63,653 bases of DNA from assembly GCA_018817405.1 (NCBI GenBank), contig JAHITZ010000046.1:1-63653 (forward strand), in the 5' to 3' direction. The DNA comes from Nanobdellota archaeon. GTDB lineage: Archaea > Nanobdellota > Nanobdellia > Pacearchaeales > GW2011-AR1. Both the position numbers and the translations under genes were made by a program. The notes under the pieces are model-generated. The model worked only from the letters and a program-made list of their open reading frames with translations. It had not been told where the DNA came from and searched no databases. How positions within the stretch are numbered: position 1 is the first letter of the stretch; every line of letters begins with the position of its first letter. Positions 1 through 8,828 of the stretch are shown piece after piece.

Positions 1-350
1 TAATGCAATCGTAGATTGCATATTGGCCGGACTCTTGTACATACGTAGATAACTTCACCAAGGGTGAAGCTATTGTAGTTTTCTTGATGCGTACAACTTT
101 CTTTCTAAGAAAGTTGTACTTCGAGTCCAGTCCGGGACGTTCCCCCTTTTCTATTTCAAAAATTCTAAAAGTTTCTCACTTTTTTCTGTTTTGTTTAAAT
201 TTTTTAAAAATAACTTAAACATATTGAAAAATATGCAAATTCTCCGTCGGCAGAATAAAAAACTATTTTTACAACAAAAAAATTTTCACGATAGATTTAT
301 AAACAATAAAGTCTTAATGTAATTATAAAATAAAAGAGGTGTTACTAAAA

Positions 351-413
351 ATGCCAGCAAAAAAGAAAAAAGCCACAAAGAAGAAGACAACAAAAAAGAA
401 AAAGAAAAGATAA
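351..413 (+). CDS. hypothetical 20-aa lysine-rich micro-protein
   Basis: ATG..TAA reads MPAKKKKATKKKTTKKKKKR. GAGGTG SD-like box at 336-341, TTTATAAA box at 296-303, oligo-T tract just downstream. Below the ORF-track size cutoff. Confidence 0.3.
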   Translation: MPAKKKKATKKKTTKKKKKR

Positions 414-427
414 CTTTTCTTTTCATG

Positions 428-446
428 TTTTTTTATTTTTTATTTT
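428..446 (+). terminator. oligo-T tract (archaeal-type terminator candidate)
   Basis: T7-A-T5-T-A-T4 run directly after the micro-ORF stop. Confidence 0.35.
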
Positions 447-505
447 AAGTTATTCAAACGTCTTCTTTTTTAATTTAATTGTTCTTTCAAGAATAAAAGT
501 TTTGG

Positions 506-1000
506 TCAGACATCGTCGGAGCAGAGATTCTTCTTCCGATTCATTTTTTCTAAATATTTATACATATTGCTCTGTTTTGAACCTTTTATCAAATTAATGA
601 CTGCTGTTTCGGCATCTTCAACAGAAAGCGCATCCCCAATAATCCCAATCTCGCTTTCTTTAATTAAAATCTCACATCCTGAAATCTCAGAAAGTGTTCT
701 CCGCGTTTTTCCTCTCTTTCCTATTAATCTTGACTTTATATCTCTTAAATTTCGCTTCGTGTAACTTTTTATATGCACAACACGAAAAACCATGTCCTCT
801 CCTTTCAACAACATTGCTTTCTTAACAGAAAAACCAAAAGCAATTGCATCAAACACACATCGCGCACCATATTCATCCAAGGAGTTCCCTTCGATAACAA
901 CTTGACTTCCAGATATTTTCACTTTAACATTTAGTTTGTCTTCTAACTCTTTTTTGTTCTTAACAACTTCTCTAATCCTTTTAACATAAACTGTTTCCAT
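506..1000 (-). CDS. KH-domain RNA-binding protein (archaeal Dim2/Pno1-like)
   Basis: KH module with GKRG loop (LIGKRGKTRRTLSEISG) and AIAFGFSVKKAMLL segment typical of Pno1/Dim2. Lies next to aIF2-beta. First ATG at 1000 (track start 1006 is TTG), AT-rich box ~28 nt upstream. Confidence 0.75.
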   Translation of the reverse strand: METVYVKRIREVVKNKKELEDKLNVKVKISGSQVVIEGNSLDEYGARCVFDAIAFGFSVKKAMLLKGEDMVFRVVHIKSYTKRNLRDIKSRLIGKRGKTRRTLSEISGCEILIKESEIGIIGDALSVEDAETAVINLIKGSKQSNMYKYLEKMNRKKNLCSDDV

Positions 1001-1149
1001 GCTCAAAAGAACAAACGCAAGTTTTTAATTATTTGTTTTACAAATAACTAAAATAAGATAGAGCCAGCAAAAAATAACCCAGAACCTAGGCGCTGAATTG
1101 TTTTCATGATATTTAGCGAGTGAAGCGAGGAATTTATTGAATCTATTTT

Positions 1150-1446
1150 CTACAATAACACCAATGCAAACGGAACACCACTAACTTTTCCAACACCCTC
1201 TTCCGCAATAATTCCAGCCTTAACAGCAGCCTTAACTGCTTTCTCCCCGACAATATTAAAAGTGGCATCATCCAAAGCAAGTTGTTTCAATTTTTCCAAA
1301 ACATGCTCTTCGTCTATTTCATCCCCCTTATAAAAGTTCTCCCGAACATCCAACTGCATCTTCTCCTCCTCAAACTTTTTCCCAACCAACTCGCTATCAC
1401 AAAGAGCAACTACTTTCCTATAAGATTCATGGATTTTTATTTGCAT
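1150..1446 (-). CDS. DUF424-like small archaeal protein
   Basis: MQIKIHESYRKVVALCDSELVGKKFEE...IVGEKAV...GVPFALV pattern resembles DUF424. ATG at 1446 lies 3 nt after the aIF2-beta stop. Confidence 0.55.
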   Translation of the reverse strand: MQIKIHESYRKVVALCDSELVGKKFEEEKMQLDVRENFYKGDEIDEEHVLEKLKQLALDDATFNIVGEKAVKAAVKAGIIAEEGVGKVSGVPFALVLL

Positions 1447-1448
1447 TT

Positions 1449-1859
1449 TTAAAGATGATACTTCACAGGACTCTTCGCCCCACAAGCAAGACAATGCTTC
1501 AACTTAACACCTTTCTCTGAAACAACCTCTGTATCTGGCTTGCCACAAACAGAACAGATAACAAACTCCTTAGCATATCTCTCAATTTTTTCATTAACTT
1601 TTTCTGAATTCAACTTTGTCTTCAGCATCAACCTGTTTCCTATAACCTTGCCATAAACCGCTAGCTCTTTCTGCAAAAACTTCGCCAAGTGATTCGCATC
1701 CCTGCGAAGATAAGACACAATCTGCCCAAAGTTTGTTATAAAAGTGCTATTCCCTGTGACATGACCCTCAACTCTCGGTATCTCAAACCTCTCGCTGCCT
1801 TTTTCAACCACCTTAACATCGTTATACGCCTTCTCTAACAATTTTTCATAAGCTTCCAT
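1449..1859 (-). CDS. eif2b: translation initiation factor aIF2 beta subunit
   Basis: 136 aa with FEIPRVE, NF..I...L.R....L.KFL.KELA motifs and a C-terminal zinc ribbon (CSVCGKPDT...CLACGA). TTTATAAA box ~28 nt upstream. Confidence 0.9.
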   Translation of the reverse strand: MEAYEKLLEKAYNDVKVVEKGSERFEIPRVEGHVTGNSTFITNFGQIVSYLRRDANHLAKFLQKELAVYGKVIGNRLMLKTKLNSEKVNEKIERYAKEFVICSVCGKPDTEVVSEKGVKLKHCLACGAKSPVKYHL

Positions 1860-1902
1860 AAATGCAAAATAAAATCAGAGTTTATAAAGATGTTCATTGT
1901 TT

Positions 1903-2033
1903 AGCTTTGTCCGGAGTTACGCGATTTCAATAGAATTTGGGGGATGGGTGTGGGATGGCCAAGGCGGGTATCGACGACAGTCGAGTTAGCGGGAAACGAA
2001 ATCGCGTTTATTTCTGCGACTCCGGACAAAGCC
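1903..2033. mobile_element. MITE-like element, family A copy 1 (131 bp)
   Basis: 15-bp terminal inverted repeats (1903-1917 AGCTTTGTCCGGAGT vs 2019-2033, 14/15). Perfect 8-bp direct repeats CATTGTTT flank it at 1895-1902 and 2034-2041. Inner stem GCGATTTC/GAAATCGC. Second copy at 53123-53232. Confidence 0.55.
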
Positions 2034-2106
2034 CATTGTTTCAGTTATTACCTGCCAAAGAAATGATACAAGTTAAATTTATATATCTCTTAAACTCTTA
2101 AAAATC

Positions 2107-2376
2107 ATGATACCACACAAACAAAGAATTTTAATGACAATCCTATTTGTCTTACTAATCCTATCTATCGGATACATTCTAATTGATAAATACAACGAAA
2201 AAAGACAGCAAGAACAACTAAACGCATTTCAGCAAGGCGCGCAAGCAGGTTACGAGCAGGCAGTCATACAAATCGTCCAACAAGCCCTAACTTGCCAATC
2301 AGTTCCGTTGTATGTAGAAAACCAAACAATAAATGTCATTGCAGTAGAATGCTTACAAAAACAACCTGAAGATTAA
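2107..2376 (+). CDS. hypothetical small membrane-anchored protein (Q-rich)
   Basis: 89-aa ORF with N-terminal TM helix (ILMTILFVLLILSIGYILI). No recognisable family. Confidence 0.45.
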   Translation: MIPHKQRILMTILFVLLILSIGYILIDKYNEKRQQEQLNAFQQGAQAGYEQAVIQIVQQALTCQSVPLYVENQTINVIAVECLQKQPED

Positions 2377-2587
2377 CTTCTTTCTTTTTCCAGTAAAAGG
2401 ATTTATTATATTACACGAAAACCAGCACATTTGTTTTATCAGAAGAATTATAACAAACAATAACTTCAAACAATATTGTTCTAGATAATATTACCAAACA
2501 ATCCTTTGATGAGTAGATGAAGAGGGTAATGAATCATGTAATTTTGATATTACAACAAAAAAGAATTAATAATTGAATATTCCTAAC

Positions 2588-2819
2588 TATCTCCGCACAA
2601 GAATAAAAATTGCAGATTTGTTCCCATTTGGGTTTGATACCCCGCATCTTGCTGCGAGTGAACGAAGCGAATGTGGGATAGCGAATTTCAGGAAATCTCT
2701 TTATTTTTTGCAACAAATAATCAATTTCGTGCGGAAAAATTCAACGACGAAACTTGCACGAAATTGAACCAGTTGGGTGGGACAAAAAATAAATCTGAAA
2801 AGTCTATGCGGAGATACTG
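2588..2819. mobile_element. TIR-bearing non-coding repeat, family B copy 1 (~232 bp)
   Basis: Perfect 10-bp TIR TATCTCCGCA (2588-2597) / TGCGGAGATA (2807-2816). Flanking TCCTAA at 2581-2586 and 2820-2825. Internal 12-bp hairpin 2721-2732/2756-2767. About 85-90% identical by eye to 36884-37124. Confidence 0.4.
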
Positions 2820-2862
2820 TCCTAAACAAAAGAGTTATAAAACTAATTCCCTACTTATTTAT

Positions 2863-3375
2863 ATGAATGTAAAAAACCTTGTTTTAGGAATTGGAATAAT
2901 AATAGTTTTTGCCCTGGTCCTTTGGCAAGGAATAGAAGCCTTTTATCCTTCCCCTCAATGGGATGGTTTTTGTGACGAGAGTATTGAAAAACCAATTCCA
3001 TTAGATAGAGAACAGCTCACTCAAACAGAATGTGAAGAACAAGGCGGCGTCTGGAAAAACAATTACTGTGATTATTATTCAGAATGCCAGCGAGAATTCG
3101 ATGAATCAAAAGACAAACACACAAAAATAGTTTTCATTGTTTCAATAATCGTTGGCATCGTCGTTATAATTCTAGGTTACTCAATCCTAAGTCTTGAACC
3201 AGTCGGCTCTGCTCTCATCGCCTCGGGAATCTGGGCAATTTTCTACGGAAGTGCAATAAACTGGCGCAACTTCTCAAGCGTAATCCGATTCGCACTCCTA
3301 CTTCTAGCCCTAATACTATTAATCTGGCTTGCAATGAGATTAAATAGAACAGTCAAGAAAATAAAAAAAAAATAA
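2863..3375 (+). CDS. hypothetical membrane protein with Cys-rich extracytoplasmic loop
   Basis: Start moved to ATG 2863 because the upstream part of track ORF 2671 is repeat B. TTATAAAA box ~25 nt upstream. N- and C-terminal TM helices. Confidence 0.55.
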   Translation: MNVKNLVLGIGIIIVFALVLWQGIEAFYPSPQWDGFCDESIEKPIPLDREQLTQTECEEQGGVWKNNYCDYYSECQREFDESKDKHTKIVFIVSIIVGIVVIILGYSILSLEPVGSALIASGIWAIFYGSAINWRNFSSVIRFALLLLALILLIWLAMRLNRTVKKIKKK

Positions 3376-3493
3376 AAAATAAGTTCTAAACGGCTCAACC
3401 AGAACGATATTAATGCATTCATTAATTAACTTGGCTTTGGGATATTTACGCGAACGTAGTGATCAAAATTATTTAAGCTATTTAATATATTCA

Positions 3494-4135
3494 TCAACCT
3501 AAATACCTCAACTTCCCCGGCCTTGGTTCGTAAGCCACGCCATCCTCAAGCAATTTCTTAATTTCATTATTAATAATCTCTGGCGGCTCCTTCAGCTCAA
3601 GAATAATCTTGTCAATATCAATCCCCCCATCCTTCTCCGCCTCCTTAACCATTGTCAATATCTTATCCTTCAACTGCGCAATTTTCCCGCTATCCAATGT
3701 CTGCGGCGCCTCTGCCTCAACTTCCAGTTTCCTAACTAAAAGAAATGCTGGATCTTTTTTTTTCATTATCTCTGGAGCAATGTAAATCTCATTACTCCAA
3801 AACTTAATCAACCCTACAACCAAAACAGTATCTCCCTGGTTTAACTCTTCAAACTTGGAAACATCTTCCCCAAACAACTTAACTCTTATCTGCCCAGTTG
3901 CATCATCCAATGTTAAACTCCCATACTTTTTCTCTCCTCCCTCTTGAATAAATTTGTCTACAACATTTGCGATTAAATTAACTCTCACAACATTTTTTCC
4001 ATTCACTTCAATATTTCTCAGCCTCTCCTCTTCAAAATTCTGCTTCCCAGACAAAATGCTTCCCACCAAAAGCTTGTAAGCCACATTCCTTTTCAATTGC
4101 TGCCCTGCCCCAGCTATAGGTAATTGGTCGTTCAT
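3494..4135 (-). CDS. OB-fold nucleic-acid-binding protein (RPA2/RPA32-like, tentative)
   Basis: OB-fold-like core (VRVNLIANVVDKF...GSLTLDDATGQIRVKLFGED...GDTVLVVG) and a C-terminal winged-helix-like tail. Sits immediately downstream of mcm. First ATG at 4135. Confidence 0.5.
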   Translation of the reverse strand: MNDQLPIAGAGQQLKRNVAYKLLVGSILSGKQNFEEERLRNIEVNGKNVVRVNLIANVVDKFIQEGGEKKYGSLTLDDATGQIRVKLFGEDVSKFEELNQGDTVLVVGLIKFWSNEIYIAPEIMKKKDPAFLLVRKLEVEAEAPQTLDSGKIAQLKDKILTMVKEAEKDGGIDIDKIILELKEPPEIINNEIKKLLEDGVAYEPRPGKLRYLG

Positions 4136-4219
4136 ACCCAAAAAGAGAAAACCAGAGGTTTTAAGTTTTTAGCTACTCAATTACTACAACCTCTCCAAAT
4201 AACCCTTCTCCCAACCCCA

Positions 4220-6253
4220 CTATAATCTTTGAAGATAACCCTTCCTCGGCTTGAAAATATCCCCTGCCTTTGACAACTGATCTATGGCTTCCTCCAATTC
4301 AGTCTCTGTCATCTTCCCCTCAACAGCCCGCTCCAACTCTTCCAAAGGAATCAACTTTCCAAGCCTTGATTCCAATTGTGACAAAGTTTCCTTAACCAAT
4401 AAAATTTTTCCTCTTTTAGAAGCAGTCACGCCAGTTGTAACTCTATCAATATCAAAACTCTTCGTCTCCTCGTCATAACCGACCTGCATCAAGGAAAACT
4501 TCAAAAGTTCAATAGCCACGCGAGAATCTTCTGCCTTAACCTCTTCGCTTAATCTCATTCTTGCATGTGCCTCGCTCAATCTCACCAAACCTTCCAGCTG
4601 TCTTGCTGTAATCGGAATCGGTTTTATCTCGCTGTCTGATCTACCTGGCTGTCCTCTCAACCTGATATAAAACTCTTTTATCTCCTCTATTGCCTCATCA
4701 CTCAGCTTTGGTTTAATTTTCTGCTTTGCATAAGCAATATACTTCCTAAGCAACTTAGAATCCACAACATCTCTAATCACTTCCTGTTTATGCTCTTCCA
4801 AAACATGACTTGCCACAGATTCATCTTGCTTCCTATTTGGCAAATCCCTTATAACGAAAAGAACATCAAACCTGCTCAACAGCGCCGGAGAAATATCAAT
4901 CTGTTGAGGGATTGGAGTGTAAGGGTCAAATCTTCCAAGCTTCGGATTTCCTGCAGCCAAAACAGTTGTCTCGGCACGAAGAGTCGCCTGAATATTTGCT
5001 TTTGAAATTGTCACAGATTGCTGTTCCATTGCTTCGTGCATCGTGCTTCTGTCGTGCTCATCCATCTTCTCAATCTCATCAATACACACAACACCTTTAT
5101 TGCTTAATACCATTGCCCCGCCTTCCAAAGACCACCCCCTTAAAAATTCATCCTTTACAACAGCTGCAGTCAACCCAGCTGCAGTCGCTGCCTTCCCAGA
5201 AACATACCTTCCCTTGGGCGCAATTGTAGAAACATATTTCAACAAAACAGATTTTGCAACTCCAGGATCCCCCACTAACAAAACATGAATATCTCCCCTT
5301 GTCGCACCACCGTCAGACCTTTTTTTCTTAACTCCTCCAAACAACTGCAAAAGCACAGCTTCCTTAATCTTTTCATAGCCATAAATACTCGGAGAAATAC
5401 TCTGGCTCAACCTCTTAAAAATATTTGGGTCTGCTGCTAATTCTAAAATCTGTTTTTCATCTTCATCACTCATCTCTAACTCTTCAAAGCTTTCTTCCAT
5501 TGAAATTGTATTGTTTGCCTCAAGAGCAATATCAAACCGCGTTGAAATCGCCCCTGTCTGCAATGGCACAGGAACCTCTTTTAAAACTCCATAAATTCTA
5601 ACCCTGCTTCCCGGAGTTGTCTTCTTTTCCATTTTTATGTCAACTAAATCTTCTTTCAAAAAAATATTCATTCTCCTAGGCTGCTCGCCCCCTTCCAATG
5701 TATCTGGCGATTCCTCAATCACCAATCTCTGAGCGTCAACCATTTCCTTGCTCAACAATTTAAAATTCCCTTTCCACCCGCAACTGCACCTGCTCGGCTC
5801 CCTAAATTTTCTCTCAATTTGTAAAACACTTAAAATAGCACCGCAATTAGGACACTCAAACCTTGCATTAACCACCTGCGGTCTTACCTCTGACGCCTGA
5901 CGAACAAGTCCTTCAATAGCAACAAGTTTATCCAGATGTCTTGCTCTAATTGCCCTAATGTATACATTGCAGCTCTTTGGCAATTCAACAATCCTGACTC
6001 TTGGCTTTTCTAACAAACCCATTTCTTCCAAAGCCAGCTCCAAAACAGCGATGGTTTCTTCTGGCAGTTCAAGAATATTATCTGCCAAAACAGGAGAATA
6101 AGACTGCAACTGCTGAAAATCAAGCCGCACAACCCCTTCATCCCTCCTCACCGACTCTCCAAGCTCTTTCTTGTATGCATTAAAGAAATTCTTTGCCTCT
6201 AAAACAAGGTCTTCTTGCTTACGCTTCGGCTTTTGCTTGCCTTCAAGTTCCAT
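4220..6253 (-). CDS. mcm: MCM replicative helicase
   Basis: 677 aa. Zn finger CPNCG..CSCG, Walker A GDPGVAKS, Walker B CIDEIEKM, arginine finger SRFDVLF. Confidence 0.95.
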   Translation of the reverse strand: MELEGKQKPKRKQEDLVLEAKNFFNAYKKELGESVRRDEGVVRLDFQQLQSYSPVLADNILELPEETIAVLELALEEMGLLEKPRVRIVELPKSCNVYIRAIRARHLDKLVAIEGLVRQASEVRPQVVNARFECPNCGAILSVLQIERKFREPSRCSCGWKGNFKLLSKEMVDAQRLVIEESPDTLEGGEQPRRMNIFLKEDLVDIKMEKKTTPGSRVRIYGVLKEVPVPLQTGAISTRFDIALEANNTISMEESFEELEMSDEDEKQILELAADPNIFKRLSQSISPSIYGYEKIKEAVLLQLFGGVKKKRSDGGATRGDIHVLLVGDPGVAKSVLLKYVSTIAPKGRYVSGKAATAAGLTAAVVKDEFLRGWSLEGGAMVLSNKGVVCIDEIEKMDEHDRSTMHEAMEQQSVTISKANIQATLRAETTVLAAGNPKLGRFDPYTPIPQQIDISPALLSRFDVLFVIRDLPNRKQDESVASHVLEEHKQEVIRDVVDSKLLRKYIAYAKQKIKPKLSDEAIEEIKEFYIRLRGQPGRSDSEIKPIPITARQLEGLVRLSEAHARMRLSEEVKAEDSRVAIELLKFSLMQVGYDEETKSFDIDRVTTGVTASKRGKILLVKETLSQLESRLGKLIPLEELERAVEGKMTETELEEAIDQLSKAGDIFKPRKGYLQRL

Positions 6254-6627
6254 AAGAAACTGAGAAATAGCTCATTTAAATTGTTTGTTGTTATTAGTAT
6301 TAGCTTAGTTTTCTGAAACAATTTTTCTCCATATACCTTTTTGCAACAAATAAACAATTGCTACACGTCAGAAACACAGAGCAAAAACAATGTAGCAATT
6401 GTAGTAACAGGGTGTGGTGGGTAGGGCGAGCAATTACGCGTCAGTAGTGTGTGTAACCAATAAGACGCGTGGTTGGGAATTGCAAAAATGCGAAGTCAGA
6501 CGTCAACTTCAGAAAGTTAAGAGTTACTGTTGTTAGAACGAGAAATTACTCTAGCAGAGTAAATGAGTGATTGTCAAAAAACCAAATAAAACAAAGAATT
6601 TTTGTGATTAATTACAAAAAGATTTTA

Positions 6628-8244
6628 TTATATACATCTCATCCTACAACTGATAGCGCATTCATCAGGAGGGGATGTATAATCATGAAATCTTCTCGCA
6701 ACCAAATGCCAACCTCTATTGCCGTCATAATTAATAATACACTCACAATCCCCATCTCCAGCCCTGTAAACCTTGTCCAATGCACAAAAACCTGCTCCAA
6801 CATAATCACTTGTGTCTGAGTTACTGTAAGTCCCCCAACCAACACTTGCTTCTTCTGAAACAATTTGTGCAAAACTAGTAGATCCTCCAGAGTTAACAAT
6901 AAAGTCATCCGTAATAGAAGTCTCAACATCTATCGTGCTAGCAGTAACAATTCCCCCCACATAAAGATCTCCCTCTGTCTGAATCTCATAACCAGCTACA
7001 CTTCCACTTCCCTGTCGAATCATACCATCAACAATCAAATTATTTGTCCCAGGGTCAGTTAAACCACCAACATGAATCCCTCCAACTCTCAGATGTTCAT
7101 TTATATAAACCGGCTTATTACCATACGATTTAATCCACGTATCATCATCCATACGCCATCCACCGCCATGGTCTTGAAAAATAATACCGTTATCGCCCTT
7201 AACACGCACCCAATTACCATCAACCGTAATGCTCCCTGCAACACCTAACGCACCACTAATTTGAACATTTCCTACACTATCAACAAACACCACATGGTCT
7301 GGATAACCATCGCTTGCACTTAAAGAATAAACTTCAATATCTTCTCCAGCACATCTTATTGAACCTGCATCGTCAATTTCAGAACAATCAAAACTTATAC
7401 TATCAGCACCTACTAAAATACCTTCCCCATCCCCCACATTTAAACTTACTGCTCCTGCAATCCCTCCCCCAGTAAGGCCTGCTCCTGCACCAACCGAGGT
7501 AATGTCTCCTTCACCACCCCCCTCAGGCCATTCATTTATACACACACCATTCAAACAAACTCCTTCTGGAGCATTTAAGTTTATCGCTCCACCTGCATTT
7601 GAATTTGCAATAGTTAAATCAATTGCTCCATTACTACTAAAACCAATATAAGCTCTCCTGCCTTGAGTATACCCTTCTGGGTAAAATCCCATGAAAACAT
7701 GACCTCCCAAATCGCCTGGAACACCTTCAAGATTCAAAGCACCTGCATTCCCCTTCACATGTAATCTAGATTGAGGGTCAGTCGTCCCAATTCCAACATT
7801 TCCATAATTATCTATCCTAACAGCACTTTCAATCCCCCCAACATTTTGTGTTCTAAATTGTAATTCAATATTGGAAGAACCAGAATCATCTCTTGCTTGA
7901 ATATACGCAACACCCGAATTACCATCCCCCCCGTAAGCGTACAACCATAAACTCCCTTTGCCATAATAATCGCCCGCCACATGCAGTTTTTCTTTAGGGC
8001 TTGCTGTACCAATCCCTACCTTCCCATCCAAATAATAAATATCATCCCCTAACTCCCCCCACACCCCGCCAATACCCCCTTCATTGATTATAGATTGTAA
8101 ATCACCTCCTCCTTCTAAAACAATTTGCGAAGCAGGATGACTCGGAGCCAAAGGGTCATAAGCAACAACTAACCCCAAACAGCCAACACTTATTAAAACT
8201 AAAACAACCAAATACTTATTCCTAAAATTAATCTCAAATCTCAT
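6628..8244 (-). CDS. secreted/cell-surface protein with GIGT-x2-P-x3-LHV repeats and Cys-rich C-terminus
   Basis: N-terminal signal anchor (YLVVLVLISVGCLGLVVA). Two copies of the VGIGTxxPxxxLHV motif. Gly-rich beta-type sequence. C-terminal CxC/CxxxC cluster. Confidence 0.6.
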   Translation of the reverse strand: MRFEINFRNKYLVVLVLISVGCLGLVVAYDPLAPSHPASQIVLEGGGDLQSIINEGGIGGVWGELGDDIYYLDGKVGIGTASPKEKLHVAGDYYGKGSLWLYAYGGDGNSGVAYIQARDDSGSSNIELQFRTQNVGGIESAVRIDNYGNVGIGTTDPQSRLHVKGNAGALNLEGVPGDLGGHVFMGFYPEGYTQGRRAYIGFSSNGAIDLTIANSNAGGAINLNAPEGVCLNGVCINEWPEGGGEGDITSVGAGAGLTGGGIAGAVSLNVGDGEGILVGADSISFDCSEIDDAGSIRCAGEDIEVYSLSASDGYPDHVVFVDSVGNVQISGALGVAGSITVDGNWVRVKGDNGIIFQDHGGGWRMDDDTWIKSYGNKPVYINEHLRVGGIHVGGLTDPGTNNLIVDGMIRQGSGSVAGYEIQTEGDLYVGGIVTASTIDVETSITDDFIVNSGGSTSFAQIVSEEASVGWGTYSNSDTSDYVGAGFCALDKVYRAGDGDCECIINYDGNRGWHLVARRFHDYTSPPDECAISCRMRCI

Positions 8245-8304
8245 CTCTTTCCTAAAAACAACTAATTAAAGAAATATTTAAACCTTCCCATCTATAATAA
8301 ACAC

Positions 8305-8808
8305 ATGAACAAAAAAATAGTTATTATCTTAATCTCACTAATCGCACTTCTGTTTATCTTATTCATCACACGAGTAGTAAACCCAAGACAAATTGATGAC
8401 ATTAGTCCAGAAATTCCATGCGAGCAAGAATACCTAGAAAAATCAGATATTCTCTGGGTAATTCCAAAATTCAACGACATTCCAATAGACCAATATCCAG
8501 AATGGTGCAACCAAATCCTGAATCTAAACAAAACTCTCGGTCTCCACGGTCTCCACCACAATTACCAAGAATTCAACTCAGAAATAACACAAGAACAACT
8601 CCAAGAAGCAGTAACAATTTTCGAATCTTGCTTCAACCAAACCCCTAAATTATTCAAACCCCCTCAGCTAAAAATCTCCAAAGAAAACAAAATCCTCATA
8701 AAACAAAACAACTTAAAACTAAATGCAAAATTAAATCAACTAACCCATAAAGTTTATCATTGCTCACACTCTGGACAATTTTCAAATAAGTTCATTGATG
8801 GGTTCTAG
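8305..8808 (+). CDS. hypothetical membrane-anchored protein (weak DUF2334/deacetylase-like)
   Basis: N-terminal TM helix. GLHGLHHNYQEF resembles the HGxxH of DUF2334 proteins, but the match is weak. TATA-like box ~26 nt upstream. Confidence 0.45.
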   Translation: MNKKIVIILISLIALLFILFITRVVNPRQIDDISPEIPCEQEYLEKSDILWVIPKFNDIPIDQYPEWCNQILNLNKTLGLHGLHHNYQEFNSEITQEQLQEAVTIFESCFNQTPKLFKPPQLKISKENKILIKQNNLKLNAKLNQLTHKVYHCSHSGQFSNKFIDGF

Positions 8809-8828
8809 TCACTCTAAAACAAACCTCG

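Noticed and set aside
2671-2862. N-terminal extension MWDSEFQEISLFFATNNQFRAEKF... of track ORF 2671-3375 and the similar ORF 36965-37195
   Set aside because: The shared peptide stems from repeat family B. The two copies change frame after a 1-nt indel, so conservation is at the nucleotide level. The real gene starts at ATG 2863, which has its own TATA box.
6254-6627. Replication origin next to mcm
   Set aside because: No orc1/cdc6 gene lies nearby and no repeated ORB or mini-ORB-like boxes are recognisable. I also noticed no GC-skew sign change. The region is kept only as an unexplained repeat-rich spacer.
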